From assembly GCA_964592155.1 (NCBI GenBank), contig CAZQDA010000001.1, positions 17,149 to 81,148 of the forward strand: DNA of 64,000 nt, given 5' to 3'. The stretch is from an uncultured Christensenella sp. (GTDB taxonomy: Bacteria > Bacillota > Clostridia > Christensenellales > Christensenellaceae). Below the pieces are notes generated by a model, which worked only from the letters and a program-made list of their open reading frames with translations, was not told the origin of the DNA and made no database searches. The position numbers were made by a program, and so were the translations under genes. This document shows positions 1-9,647 of the stretch, piece after piece (the stretch's first letter is position 1; the number at the start of each line of letters is the position of its first letter).

Positions 1-101
1 CCAATAAATACCTTTATATTCTCTCCGCTAATATTTATTATTGGGTCTAATATATTTACTATTAGATCATTTAATCTTTTTAAATGAACTTTAGTAGGCA
101 T
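1..101 (-). CDS. Partial hypothetical protein running off the window edge (MPTKVHLKRLNDLIVNILDPIINISGENIKVFI...)
   Basis: Manual translation from ATG at 101 stays open to position 1; AT-rich leader upstream. Confidence 0.35.
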   Translation of the reverse strand, partial: MPTKVHLKRLNDLIVNILDPIINISGENIKVFI

Positions 102-245
102 ATTATTTACACCATATTTTTTAGATAATTTATGATTATATAACTTATCTATATTAAAACTTAAACCGTATTCTTCCATAACTTTGTTAATTTTAAACAA
201 AATTACTTAAAAAATACGGTTTTAATTTATGTATATATTAATACT

Positions 246-674
246 CTATTTGTTTTTTCGTGGAGGACGTCTATTTGGGCAGTCAAAAATATCGCATCTG
301 CTTTTCTCGTATTTATAGTTTGTATCTTTTAATTCATCAACTATCATTTTCTGCCATTCTGCCGCCTCTTTTCTTTCTACCTCTCTCTCTCTGTCCCTAT
401 CCTCTAGTTTTTGTTTCACCTCTTTCAGCTCCTTGCTTACCTCGTTATACAATTCTGCATATTTATCTATTAATTTAAGGTCGCTTTCAACCTCAATACT
501 CTCGGCCTCTGCATTTACCTTTCGTGCCTCCGCGTGTGCTTTTATCGCATCTCCATCCGCTTTTTTTTGTGTTGCCTTAATCGTTTTAATTTGTACGTAG
601 AAATAAGCAAGTCCACCTCCGAACGCCAAAGTAAAAATACCCAATATTAATTCAATCCATTTGTCCATATCCAT
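246..674 (-). CDS. Membrane-anchored coiled-coil protein, holin-like
   Basis: One N-terminal hydrophobic helix (WIELILGIFTLAFGGGLAYFYV) followed by a charged coiled coil; directly downstream of portal. Confidence 0.5.
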   Translation of the reverse strand: MDMDKWIELILGIFTLAFGGGLAYFYVQIKTIKATQKKADGDAIKAHAEARKVNAEAESIEVESDLKLIDKYAELYNEVSKELKEVKQKLEDRDREREVERKEAAEWQKMIVDELKDTNYKYEKSRCDIFDCPNRRPPRKNK

Positions 675-678
675 AGTC

Positions 679-2178
679 CTACTCCGTTACTTGTATTTGT
701 TCTGTTACTACCTTGCCTATTTCAGCTTGTTTTCTCTCTAATTCCATTTGTTCTTCTACCTCTTTTCTATGCCTTGCCATTTCGTCTGGTGCTGCATCTG
801 GAGCTTTTTCCAATAGAGTTTGCATAGATACACCTAGATTTTTTTGATTTGTAAGGTCTAAAATCTTAGAACTCTTAGCCTCGGGAGTCCAAACTAACAT
901 ATTTGCCTTAATCTTAATCTGCGAGAAATAAGATAATTCTAATGATTTATCTATGTATACTCTCTCTAAATCAAAACCAACTTGCGATAAGAAAACAAAC
1001 TCGTCATTGAATGATGCCCAATCTGTTGCTGTTTGTGTAGCCAGTGCAATGTCATTTTTCATTGTTAACATTATGGCTGTGCCACTTGGATCACCCCCCA
1101 TTTTAATCATGTCAGGGTCAATGAATGTAACAGAACAAGACCGCTGAATGTCTTTTAGAATATCGTTCTTATAATTAAGTAGTCCTTTAGGATCAGGGAA
1201 CTCAATTGATTTCATATCCCCATTACTTTCAGGATCGGGGTCTTGAAATATCATTATTTCTCCACTACTTTGCAATGCCTCTTCATCAATATTACCTTTT
1301 ATCCATAACGCAAACTGACCAAAACGCTTTTGCACTACAGCGATGATATTATCTATCAATTCATACATTTCGATACTTGATTGACCAAACTCCCATGCGA
1401 CATAGCCACGTTGATATTGAAGTGGTATATAAGGAAACTTATGTTCAATAGGTGGCTGTTTTTGCCACTCATTATTACTTGTATCTGTAATAACTAAATT
1501 TCGAGTATGCCTATATCTATATTTATTATCATAAGTGTCTATTGTTTCTATATTATCATTTTTATAATACACACTTCGAGCAATAACGTCATTATCCTCA
1601 TCTCTATTCTCAATTACGATATATCCATCATCATAAGATAGTATCTTAACCTTATATTTCCCATTTTTAAAATAGTGTAATACACCAACATCTCCTACTT
1701 TTTTCTGCTTCGAAACAGCTTTGTTTCTATAAGAGTCCATATTTCTATATACATACTCTTTCTTATATTCTTCAAATATAGCAGATGTCGTATCGTCTGA
1801 CTTGCCACATAATGTAAATTGCATAGGATTTGCGGTCAAATGTAGCACATGCAGGTGGTGTATATTTTTCTGCAATGGAGAGGTCTTAACAATTCTTTCA
1901 ATAGGTTCTATTCTATTTCCAATCTTAACAGCAATGGTTGGTATACTTTGATTAAATAGAATGTCGTGCATAGACGGATCGTATTCCATAAGATATACAT
2001 CTTGTGAAATAGTCTTTGCTTCATTTGTAGGTAGTTGTGCTAAAACTGTCTGATTAATATCTACAATTTGTTTACTTGTGTCTTTTAATCTTCGTTCTGT
2101 ACAACCACGAGTAAAAGGTATTTTTTGTAATAATCGAGTAGGATCATTTAAATACCAGTTGATATCTTTTTTTACCAT
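679..2178 (-). CDS. Portal protein (SPP1 gp6-like)
   Basis: 499 aa, coupled to terminase; portal-like features (HKFPYIPL..., GDPSGTAIML, C-terminal helical region). Confidence 0.85.
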   Translation of the reverse strand: MVKKDINWYLNDPTRLLQKIPFTRGCTERRLKDTSKQIVDINQTVLAQLPTNEAKTISQDVYLMEYDPSMHDILFNQSIPTIAVKIGNRIEPIERIVKTSPLQKNIHHLHVLHLTANPMQFTLCGKSDDTTSAIFEEYKKEYVYRNMDSYRNKAVSKQKKVGDVGVLHYFKNGKYKVKILSYDDGYIVIENRDEDNDVIARSVYYKNDNIETIDTYDNKYRYRHTRNLVITDTSNNEWQKQPPIEHKFPYIPLQYQRGYVAWEFGQSSIEMYELIDNIIAVVQKRFGQFALWIKGNIDEEALQSSGEIMIFQDPDPESNGDMKSIEFPDPKGLLNYKNDILKDIQRSCSVTFIDPDMIKMGGDPSGTAIMLTMKNDIALATQTATDWASFNDEFVFLSQVGFDLERVYIDKSLELSYFSQIKIKANMLVWTPEAKSSKILDLTNQKNLGVSMQTLLEKAPDAAPDEMARHRKEVEEQMELERKQAEIGKVVTEQIQVTE

Positions 2179-3920
2179 CGTCCTGAAAATTTATTAGATA
2201 AAATTGATGCTATGTTTCGTATCGGTTTTTTTTCTCTCATTACTTCATCTCTTTGATTATATTGTATGTTATTATTTAAATATTGTCCTATATTTATTTT
2301 ATCTAAATTGACACCTGCTAATTCGTCATAACACTCTCTTAATGTAGACCCACATAGCATTAATAAAAGGTCTGTTAAGTCTGCGCTTCGTCCGCTCAAT
2401 ATGAATGCTTGGTCTGATTTATTTAATAGTTTATGTTTGTTAGTTACAGGCATTGTTCTAAACGTATAACATTTAGCTTCTTCACAAAAAGCATCTATTA
2501 GTCTTTTATCTTTAGCTTTCTGATGCGAATAAATCATATTAGCAAGTCTGCTGTCAAAAGTTAGGCGGCCAAATTGTATCATTTTGCACATAATATATCC
2601 CGCCTCATCTCTTAATCGGTGAAAAGTTTTTCCTTTCGCAGATGTTTGGTGTGTGCCTAAATACATATATGCGTGTCTAAATTTTGAGCGTAAAAATATA
2701 GACTCTTTACCGCCGTCAATAATCAAATCGCTTTCTCGCGCATTATGTTTTAGCATAAAGTTGCGAATAGAGCCTGCTAATTCATCGGGCGTGTTAATTC
2801 TATAATATACAAGGTCTATACAATGGTAGCCCAAGAATGCGGCCATTGTGAAGTTATCTATTCCCTCAAACGCTGGGTCTACAACTATTTTGATTCTATT
2901 CCCTATATTTGGTGGATTATTAAACATATTTAGTACCATTTGTGATGTTAGTTCTAATCCTAATTCAGCAACATCATTTTCATCTTTTTTGTCGTGTTTA
3001 CTATAATTCCAATTAGCCTCAAACATAGACTTAGAACCAGTACTCATTGCGAGGGAGCCTAGATAATCGGGGTTATTTTTCAGCACATCTTTATTGTCGG
3101 TAGTTTTCATGTGAAAAAATACACAAGAAAAAATAAAGCTCTTATAACTAACACCATCTACCCCATCTGCCTCATATAGGAGTTTGTCTATACGACCTCT
3201 GCATTTATCATATACCTCTTCTTTTGTCTTACCCCATACAGCAGTATTTATATCTCCATTATCTATACTAAAAAATCTAACAGTGCCATTTCTCTCTCTT
3301 ATGGGTACGCCATCATCTCCTATCCATCCGCCACCAAATTCACCACTTCCACAAAATTGTCTTACCCAACATTCACGCTCAGGATTTTGAACTACTACAA
3401 TCTGTCTTTTACCTGAACCCTCACCTCTCAATCGTGTCAAAGAATAAAGAACGGTATGTGCATCAAACATATCTGCCTCATCAAATATAAATCTATGAAC
3501 CTGCAAGCCTTTGAATGAATCCACTATCTTGTCTTTATTTTGGTCAGCTACGTGCTTGAATAATAATTGAGCTCCATTATCAAAATACACCCCCATATTT
3601 TGAGATGTCTTCATTGTGCCGATAGTTTGTCTATTTGAGTTTTGTGTTTTTTCTTTTCTAAGTGGATATATCTTATTAAGTGTTTCAGCGATACTACCCG
3701 GCTTAAAAAAATCCTCTATATTCTGTCTTAGATATATTGCCGAAAAATTTGGATTATTTAAAATATCATAAGAATTAAGCATACAAGCACCATAAGTCTT
3801 TGAACTTCCTGCACTTCCAGTTGCAATAACGAAATCACAGTTACTCTTAATAAAGTTTCTTTGATTATCATTATTAGCCGATATTCTTATTTGTTGATTT
3901 TCTTCTTTCTTTTTAGCCAT
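2172..3920 (-). CDS. terL: Terminase large subunit
   Basis: Walker A-like GSAGSSKT, Walker B FIFDEAD, C-terminal RNase H-like nuclease (VVDPAFEGIDN ... DLTD); likely start MAKKK at 3920. Confidence 0.9.
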   Translation of the reverse strand: MAKKKEENQQIRISANNDNQRNFIKSNCDFVIATGSAGSSKTYGACMLNSYDILNNPNFSAIYLRQNIEDFFKPGSIAETLNKIYPLRKEKTQNSNRQTIGTMKTSQNMGVYFDNGAQLLFKHVADQNKDKIVDSFKGLQVHRFIFDEADMFDAHTVLYSLTRLRGEGSGKRQIVVVQNPERECWVRQFCGSGEFGGGWIGDDGVPIRERNGTVRFFSIDNGDINTAVWGKTKEEVYDKCRGRIDKLLYEADGVDGVSYKSFIFSCVFFHMKTTDNKDVLKNNPDYLGSLAMSTGSKSMFEANWNYSKHDKKDENDVAELGLELTSQMVLNMFNNPPNIGNRIKIVVDPAFEGIDNFTMAAFLGYHCIDLVYYRINTPDELAGSIRNFMLKHNARESDLIIDGGKESIFLRSKFRHAYMYLGTHQTSAKGKTFHRLRDEAGYIMCKMIQFGRLTFDSRLANMIYSHQKAKDKRLIDAFCEEAKCYTFRTMPVTNKHKLLNKSDQAFILSGRSADLTDLLLMLCGSTLRECYDELAGVNLDKINIGQYLNNNIQYNQRDEVMREKKPIRNIASILSNKFSGRW

Positions 3921-3942
3921 AAATAAGTATATAACACGCACG

Positions 3943-4052
3943 CAAAAATACTATAAATTATACTTATAAATAAAATATTTAATTATAACTACATTTTTAA
4001 ATATATTTATAATATATCAAAATATCAATTGATAAAAATTAAATTATTTTTG
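3943..4052. promoter_or_regulatory. Divergent Bacteroidota-type promoters (terminase/portal leftward, head operon rightward)
   Basis: TATTTTTG on - strand at 3943-3950 and on + strand at 4045-4052, within a very AT-rich spacer. Confidence 0.55.
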
Positions 4053-4079
4053 TAAAAAATTTAACAAATAAATTTTAAT

Positions 4080-4763
4080 ATGGAAATTACTAAGGAACAA
4101 ATCCTAACAAAAATCAATGAAATTTGCGAACAACGCAAGTGGAGCTTAACCAATAAGTTCAAAGAAAAGTTTGCTGAAAAAATTTTGCCTAATTTTAATA
4201 TTGATGGCGAGGAAATTAATTTAGATGAAAAGATTACAGATTTTGAATTTACTCTCGAAACTGCATATCATTCATCTAATAGCGCACTTGCTGAAAAGGC
4301 AGAAAAAGATAAGCAGACACCCACACCACAGCCACCTATTAAGCCACAACCTAAACATATTGAAACTACACCTCAAAATGGAGTGGCAGAGCAAAAAGTT
4401 GTAGCTGAAATTCCCGAAGAGTATAAGCAAATGTTGGAGACTTTTAAGATAGAGCAAGAACAAAAGGCTTATGCCGCTAAAAGAGAGGAGATACTTAAAT
4501 CTGTAACAGGTCTTAATGAGATTCAGAAAACCGCTTTTAAAGACTTTTTGAACGAGTTTAGTCCCAATGTTGATGCCGATGTAAACGAATTGGCAAATCA
4601 ATATAAGGCAAGTTTTACTAAGATTTACGGTGGCATAATCCCCGAAAGTACGGGTGTTGGTGGAGCAAGTGGTGGAAATAAAGACGAACTCGAAAAGGCT
4701 AAAGTAGAAATGTACAATCAAATTGGCAAAGACTTAGCTATAAATGGAGTTAGAGGATATTAA
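4080..4763 (+). CDS. Putative capsid scaffolding protein
   Basis: Helical, charged protein with Pro-rich linker; first gene of the head operon. Confidence 0.55.
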   Translation: MEITKEQILTKINEICEQRKWSLTNKFKEKFAEKILPNFNIDGEEINLDEKITDFEFTLETAYHSSNSALAEKAEKDKQTPTPQPPIKPQPKHIETTPQNGVAEQKVVAEIPEEYKQMLETFKIEQEQKAYAAKREEILKSVTGLNEIQKTAFKDFLNEFSPNVDADVNELANQYKASFTKIYGGIIPESTGVGGASGGNKDELEKAKVEMYNQIGKDLAINGVRGY

Positions 4764-4795
4764 TAAACAAAAAAACATTTTAATAATTAAATTAA

Positions 4796-5479
4796 ATGGC
4801 AACATCAGGAAGAACACAAATTAGGACTTTCGGCAATGTTGGTGGTAGTCGTAGAGTATTCTACACTCCCGCTGAACATAATGCCGTAGCTATTACAAAT
4901 GGTGTGAAACTTGACCCTGCTTGTGCTCCGTCGGTTGGTGATAAAGTCTTCGCAGGAGACTTTGGGTACTATGACTATGCAACAGGGCTGGCATCGCACG
5001 TTAAAACATTTAAACTCGCAAAGGCACTACTTGCAGGCGATACAGAGGTATTGTTTGTAGGTGATGAGTTTGCGCATAACCCCAATGGCGTAGTTGTAGT
5101 AAAAGCTCCTACAGCCGCTAATGGAACTGGATCGGCCGCCCTTGTGGTCGCAGTGCCCGATATTTATGACAACAAACCCGTATATAAGGGTACTATTACG
5201 GCAGGGTCTATTGGTACGGGTGCAGTAGGCGATATTTTCGTAGAGGCTGAAAGTGCGGGTGCAGGTAAAACTGTAAAAGTACCAAAGGTTAATATGATTT
5301 TTGGTAGCGATATTGATATTAAATATCCTATCTCAACGGTCGATTTTGAATACAATAAGGCTGTATATACCATTAATGGATATTACCATCAAACAGTATG
5401 GGTTGATGCTGTAAATATCCCTGCTTATGTAGCATCGCTAAATAAGCTCACTAACGTTGATAATTTATTTGAACTGTAA
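4796..5479 (+). CDS. Head decoration / minor capsid protein
   Basis: Ala/Gly/Val-rich beta-type protein between scaffold and major capsid genes. Confidence 0.55.
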   Translation: MATSGRTQIRTFGNVGGSRRVFYTPAEHNAVAITNGVKLDPACAPSVGDKVFAGDFGYYDYATGLASHVKTFKLAKALLAGDTEVLFVGDEFAHNPNGVVVVKAPTAANGTGSAALVVAVPDIYDNKPVYKGTITAGSIGTGAVGDIFVEAESAGAGKTVKVPKVNMIFGSDIDIKYPISTVDFEYNKAVYTINGYYHQTVWVDAVNIPAYVASLNKLTNVDNLFEL

Positions 5480-5484
5480 GATAT

Positions 5485-6630
5485 ATGAGTACAATGAAAT
5501 TTGGTTCGCTGAAAGGTTTTGATGATTACTTTTTGGCAAATGGCAAGGAAACTCAGATTCTTGCAAATTCGGCTCTCGCTGTTCCTTTTGAGAACATGTG
5601 GTGGAAGAAATACTTTGTGAAGGCTACTGCACCTACACCTATTAATGCTGATGGTATTGGTGTTTATACTGCAAAGGAATTTAAGATGGGTGACAGTGGC
5701 TACCTTGAGCCGAGATCGCCTTTCTCGCCTCCGGCAGAGGGTGAAAGCAAAGGCTTTGACTACTATACTGATTCTTTGGGTGACTTTGGATTCTCCAAGA
5801 AAACTACTGCTCAACAGCGTTTGTATATGGAGAAAATGCTTCAGCAATTCAATGGCGATAAAGAGGTAGTCCGTATGTTTATCGAGGAACAATTTAACCT
5901 TGTTCGTAGGGCACATAAGACAATTACTTATTTAGGTGCTGGACTTCTTTCTAATGGACAGGTTAAATTCCAATCGCAAACAGGATTTGATTTTCAAGCT
6001 ATCGCTAAAGTACCTACCGCCGCTCGTAAAAATGCTATCGGGAAGGCATGGACTGACAGAACTGCACTTATAATTGCTGATATGCAAGAGGAAGAGAAGT
6101 GGTTGCGCGACGCTACTGGATACGAGGGTGCTTTGTCTTGGAAAATGGATAGAGAGACTTTTGCTCTTATTCAAAATAATGAGGATGCGCAGAAACAGGT
6201 AGGATCGTATGTTCGTATCGCTGATGGTCAGTTGCAGACTGGTTCTAAATATGTAAGTCTTGAAACATTCAATGCTTGGGTTAGCGACTTTGGTTCATCT
6301 ATTTCTCGTATTGAGATTGTAGAAGAAGTTCAGAGTGCAGGTGATAATGTCATTAATCGCGCAGCTATTGATGGTTGGGTTAAGGGACGTGCTGTTCTTT
6401 CTCCTATCGGAATACAGGGTACTATTGAGTATGCGCCTGTTCAGGAATTAGCTGTGCTGTCTGATGCTTCTGATCGTCAGATTGCATATCTTGAGGGCGG
6501 TCTGTTTGGGATTATGAACTGGGTTACTGGCGACCGTACTCCTATTTATATCCAAGAGTTGCTCGCTACATTCGCACCTACTTTGGGCGTATTTAACCAC
6601 ATGGTAATCAAGAATACTTTGTCTGTATAA
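5485..6630 (+). CDS. Major capsid protein (HK97 fold, lambda E-like)
   Basis: 381 aa, expected position, biased codon usage typical of a highly expressed gene, capsid E-like sequence pattern. Confidence 0.85.
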   Translation: MSTMKFGSLKGFDDYFLANGKETQILANSALAVPFENMWWKKYFVKATAPTPINADGIGVYTAKEFKMGDSGYLEPRSPFSPPAEGESKGFDYYTDSLGDFGFSKKTTAQQRLYMEKMLQQFNGDKEVVRMFIEEQFNLVRRAHKTITYLGAGLLSNGQVKFQSQTGFDFQAIAKVPTAARKNAIGKAWTDRTALIIADMQEEEKWLRDATGYEGALSWKMDRETFALIQNNEDAQKQVGSYVRIADGQLQTGSKYVSLETFNAWVSDFGSSISRIEIVEEVQSAGDNVINRAAIDGWVKGRAVLSPIGIQGTIEYAPVQELAVLSDASDRQIAYLEGGLFGIMNWVTGDRTPIYIQELLATFAPTLGVFNHMVIKNTLSV

Positions 6631-6632
6631 TT

Positions 6633-7007
6633 ATGGCAATAACCGCAATAGAGTGGCTTAAATCAAAGAGTTTATATCCTTTTGAGGAGGTCACATATAA
6701 GGTAATATTAGATGATAGGGGGGTAGAGGATTACTCTACCCCACATCTCGACCTAACCGTTAAGCAAAAAAACTTAATGGAAGCTGACCTAATATTCGTT
6801 GCGGTAATGATGTCTCCGTCCTCTATTGGTGCTTATTCGGTATCTCACGCAGGTTTTAATAAAAGTGTTGGTGGTGCTCAAACTACATACGTTAAGGATA
6901 AGATTAATTTCGCCTTAAAGATATATGCTATGTATGACGACCCAAAATACGAACTGCTGAAACCTAACAACGTAATCAAGGTTCTAAACGTAAAAGATAA
7001 GGTATGA
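6633..7007 (+). CDS. Head-tail adaptor protein
   Basis: 124 aa gene directly after the capsid gene; synteny. Confidence 0.55.
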   Translation: MAITAIEWLKSKSLYPFEEVTYKVILDDRGVEDYSTPHLDLTVKQKNLMEADLIFVAVMMSPSSIGAYSVSHAGFNKSVGGAQTTYVKDKINFALKIYAMYDDPKYELLKPNNVIKVLNVKDKV

Positions 7008-7357
7008 TAGAGATAGACGAATTTCCTTTCACGTGTGAGTTTTACCAAATGCGAATAGCGGATAAAGATAATCCTTTATCTAAACCCGAAAAAGTAGTTA
7101 CTTATAACGGTAGTTGCGATATACAAATCACAACAAAAGAGATAGGTATGCTTGCGGTTGAATCTGAATATGCTGTTTTTATACCTATAATACCTACTGT
7201 TTTAACAGATGCAAAGGGTGTAGAATATATGCAGATAGATAAGGGTTACAATTTTGAGGGTTTACAGTATGGTCGAAAGATTAAAGGCAGTGTAGTAAAC
7301 GTGCAACCGTCTCAATTAGGCAAGAGTGTAGTATATATAAATAGCGTAAAATCGTAA
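7004..7357 (+). CDS. Head closure / head-tail joining protein
   Basis: Beta-rich 117 aa (CDIQ...EYAVFIP); synteny. Confidence 0.5.
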   Translation: MIEIDEFPFTCEFYQMRIADKDNPLSKPEKVVTYNGSCDIQITTKEIGMLAVESEYAVFIPIIPTVLTDAKGVEYMQIDKGYNFEGLQYGRKIKGSVVNVQPSQLGKSVVYINSVKS

Positions 7358-7851
7358 TGCCACGTAAGATTAAGACTAAGAACGTAACTTTTGATTTAAG
7401 TGCGATAGATGATTTCAAAAAGAAGTTGAGAGTAGAGCTTGTTGAACAAACTACCCAACAACTTATCGAATACGCTAAAAACACTTTGGCAAAGGCGTTT
7501 GTGGAGAGTGAATATGCTAATATAACGTTGAACTTGAAAGACAGTTACGTTTGGGGTGTTTACTTTGACGGTAAGAGAGTTGATTACGGTTTTTTAGGTG
7601 CAAAAGAGGCAACTACTTATGCTATTGAGGATGGGCAACAGATATATGGACGAGAAGAGGCTCAAAAGTTTATAGACAGTTATCAATCACGAGTATCACG
7701 AGGTTGGGAATTAGTTTTTGCGGTAACAACTATCTATGGTGCGTACTTGGAGACAGGTACTAATAGAACTAAATATGTTGTTATATCGTCTATTTTTGAT
7801 GATCTACAACGCGACTTCGGAACCTTAAAACGCATAGAAACTATTATTTAA
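7357..7851 (+). CDS. HK97 gp10-like neck protein
   Basis: Motifs NITLNLKDSY and YGAYLETGT; synteny. Confidence 0.55.
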   Translation: MPRKIKTKNVTFDLSAIDDFKKKLRVELVEQTTQQLIEYAKNTLAKAFVESEYANITLNLKDSYVWGVYFDGKRVDYGFLGAKEATTYAIEDGQQIYGREEAQKFIDSYQSRVSRGWELVFAVTTIYGAYLETGTNRTKYVVISSIFDDLQRDFGTLKRIETII

Positions 7852-7852
7852 T

Positions 7853-8296
7853 ATGGCTATTAACCCCAACTACAACCCAATAAATATACAATTATATCTT
7901 TTTAAGCTATTTGACAATAAGGTTAGTAATCAGACTTATCTTACGAATGTACCTAAATTTTTGACAGAGGCAGAAAAAGACGAGGATTTTATGGTTATTA
8001 GTCTACCTGCTCCATTGCTTAATCGTAATGCTTTTGGTACGATGTCGGTAGTGATTGAGGTATTTGTACAATCACAAGTAAATGCACGTCAAGATAGCGA
8101 GGTGTTAATGAATATGTATGATAAACTTATGAAAGTTGTAGACGAGGAAAATGATAGAAAAGAGGTAGACGAAGAAAACAAAAGAGTATATAAGAAATAC
8201 ATATTACGACACAACCCCGAATCAGCTTGGTTAGAATATGACGAAAAAATGGGGTATCAAAAATTAATAACAGTATTTACAATTTTAATAAAATAA
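7853..8296 (+). CDS. Tail terminator / completion protein
   Basis: 147 aa gene immediately before the tail tube gene. Confidence 0.5.
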   Translation: MAINPNYNPINIQLYLFKLFDNKVSNQTYLTNVPKFLTEAEKDEDFMVISLPAPLLNRNAFGTMSVVIEVFVQSQVNARQDSEVLMNMYDKLMKVVDEENDRKEVDEENKRVYKKYILRHNPESAWLEYDEKMGYQKLITVFTILIK

Positions 8297-8315
8297 TAAA
8301 TAATAATAAAAATTT

Positions 8316-8882
8316 ATGGCAATTACATCAACAACAGAATTGATGGCATATCTCACAGGTGGTGGTGTGCTGTCTGGTATTCAGTCTATTGAGTTTTACG
8401 ACATAGACGATACTACTGGTGCTTCTAAAGTAGAGGTACAGGGTGATACTCTCGCTGATACATTCTCGCTCACACAGGATGATCCTGAAATTAATGAGAT
8501 TAAGGCAGAGGACAACTCAATTATAGATGAGGTAGTTAATATGCAGGCATATAAGGGTACTTTGACGCTTGCAAAATGGAATGACAATATTCTTGACTTC
8601 TTCAACATCAAGCGTGTAGCTCGTACACAGAACGGTAAAGACGAGGTGGGCGCGGCTTTCGTAAATATGCCTCTTAACATTTGGCGTAAATTGATTGTGC
8701 GGTTTACAGACGAGCCTGTTTACTTGGAGCTTCCTAAAGTTAAGTTGCGTTCAAAGGTACAGGGTGAGAATCTTCGCACACAAACTCTTAATGCTATTGT
8801 TTCATTCACGGCTTATGATGTGGATGCGGCAGATACTAAAGCACCACTGTTTATGTGGGAAGAGGAAGTAGTAGTTCCTTAA
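8316..8882 (+). CDS. Major tail (tube) protein
   Basis: 188 aa beta-rich protein followed by a terminator, chaperone genes and tape measure gene; no sheath gene, so siphovirus-type. Confidence 0.7.
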   Translation: MAITSTTELMAYLTGGGVLSGIQSIEFYDIDDTTGASKVEVQGDTLADTFSLTQDDPEINEIKAEDNSIIDEVVNMQAYKGTLTLAKWNDNILDFFNIKRVARTQNGKDEVGAAFVNMPLNIWRKLIVRFTDEPVYLELPKVKLRSKVQGENLRTQTLNAIVSFTAYDVDAADTKAPLFMWEEEVVVP

Positions 8883-8907
8883 TACATATAAATACCAAAT
8901 AATGCTT

Positions 8908-8940
8908 GGGCATAGGCGATAATTTGCCTGTGCCCTTTTT
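8908..8940 (+). terminator. Intrinsic terminator
   Basis: GGGCATAGGCG/TGCCTGTGCCC stem followed by T5. Confidence 0.8.
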
Positions 8941-8958
8941 AAATTTAATACAAAATAT

Positions 8959-9450
8959 ATGGAACAATACATAGAGGTATCACAATCTACGAGTAAACGC
9001 CTTATAGATATAATGGCAGATAATCCCACATTAGTAAAAATAAAAGATAAGGAGTATGAAATAAGAGGATTAAGGACTTATTCACGAATAAAGATAGCAG
9101 AGGTATATAATAAGATAGTTGAAACAGAAAAGAGTGTTGAGAACATCATATTAAAGTCTGCTACTAATTTAAGATATAGTGCAGAGATTATAGCAATTAT
9201 ATTGCTTAATCATACTTTTACGGCTGATAATAAGGATAATGAAGTACGAATAGAGCAAATGACCTCTCGTGTAATGCTTGAAACAGAGGATGAAAATGAG
9301 TGGTCGCCAATAATTATACAAGCGGTTAATAGTTTGAATATAGAGGCGGTTTTTATGATTACTGCATCGGCAAAGGTGATTTCGACCTCCCTGCTGATGA
9401 GGAAGAAAAGGATGGAGGAACAATCACAATATATTCCCGCACAGAAATAG
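8959..9450 (+). CDS. Tail assembly chaperone (G-like)
   Basis: Lies between tail tube and tape measure genes; contains slippery site G GTT TTT at 9348-9354. Confidence 0.7.
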   Translation: MEQYIEVSQSTSKRLIDIMADNPTLVKIKDKEYEIRGLRTYSRIKIAEVYNKIVETEKSVENIILKSATNLRYSAEIIAIILLNHTFTADNKDNEVRIEQMTSRVMLETEDENEWSPIIIQAVNSLNIEAVFMITASAKVISTSLLMRKKRMEEQSQYIPAQK

Positions 9451-9644
9451 GGCGTATGGTCGATTTCTTAAAGGCTAATCCTTTTGTTAGTATGAATGAC
9501 TATATGTACAATTTGAGTATTGCAAAGATACAATTAATGTCAAATGATTTTACGCATACTAAATATTTGAGTGAAAAACAAAAGGTGGCTAATAAAGAAT
9601 TATCGCGACCTGTTAGAAAATTAACTGATTTTATAAAGAGATAA
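9348..9644 (+). CDS. Tail chaperone frameshift extension (GT-like), reached by -1 frameshift
   Basis: The -1 frame is open from 9333 (after TAG at 9330) through the 9456-9644 ORF. Confidence 0.7.
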   Translation, partial: GFYDYCIGKGDFDLPADEEEKDGGTITIYSRTEIGRMVDFLKANPFVSMNDYMYNLSIAKIQLMSNDFTHTKYLSEKQKVANKELSRPVRKLTDFIKR

Positions 9645-9647
9645 TAT

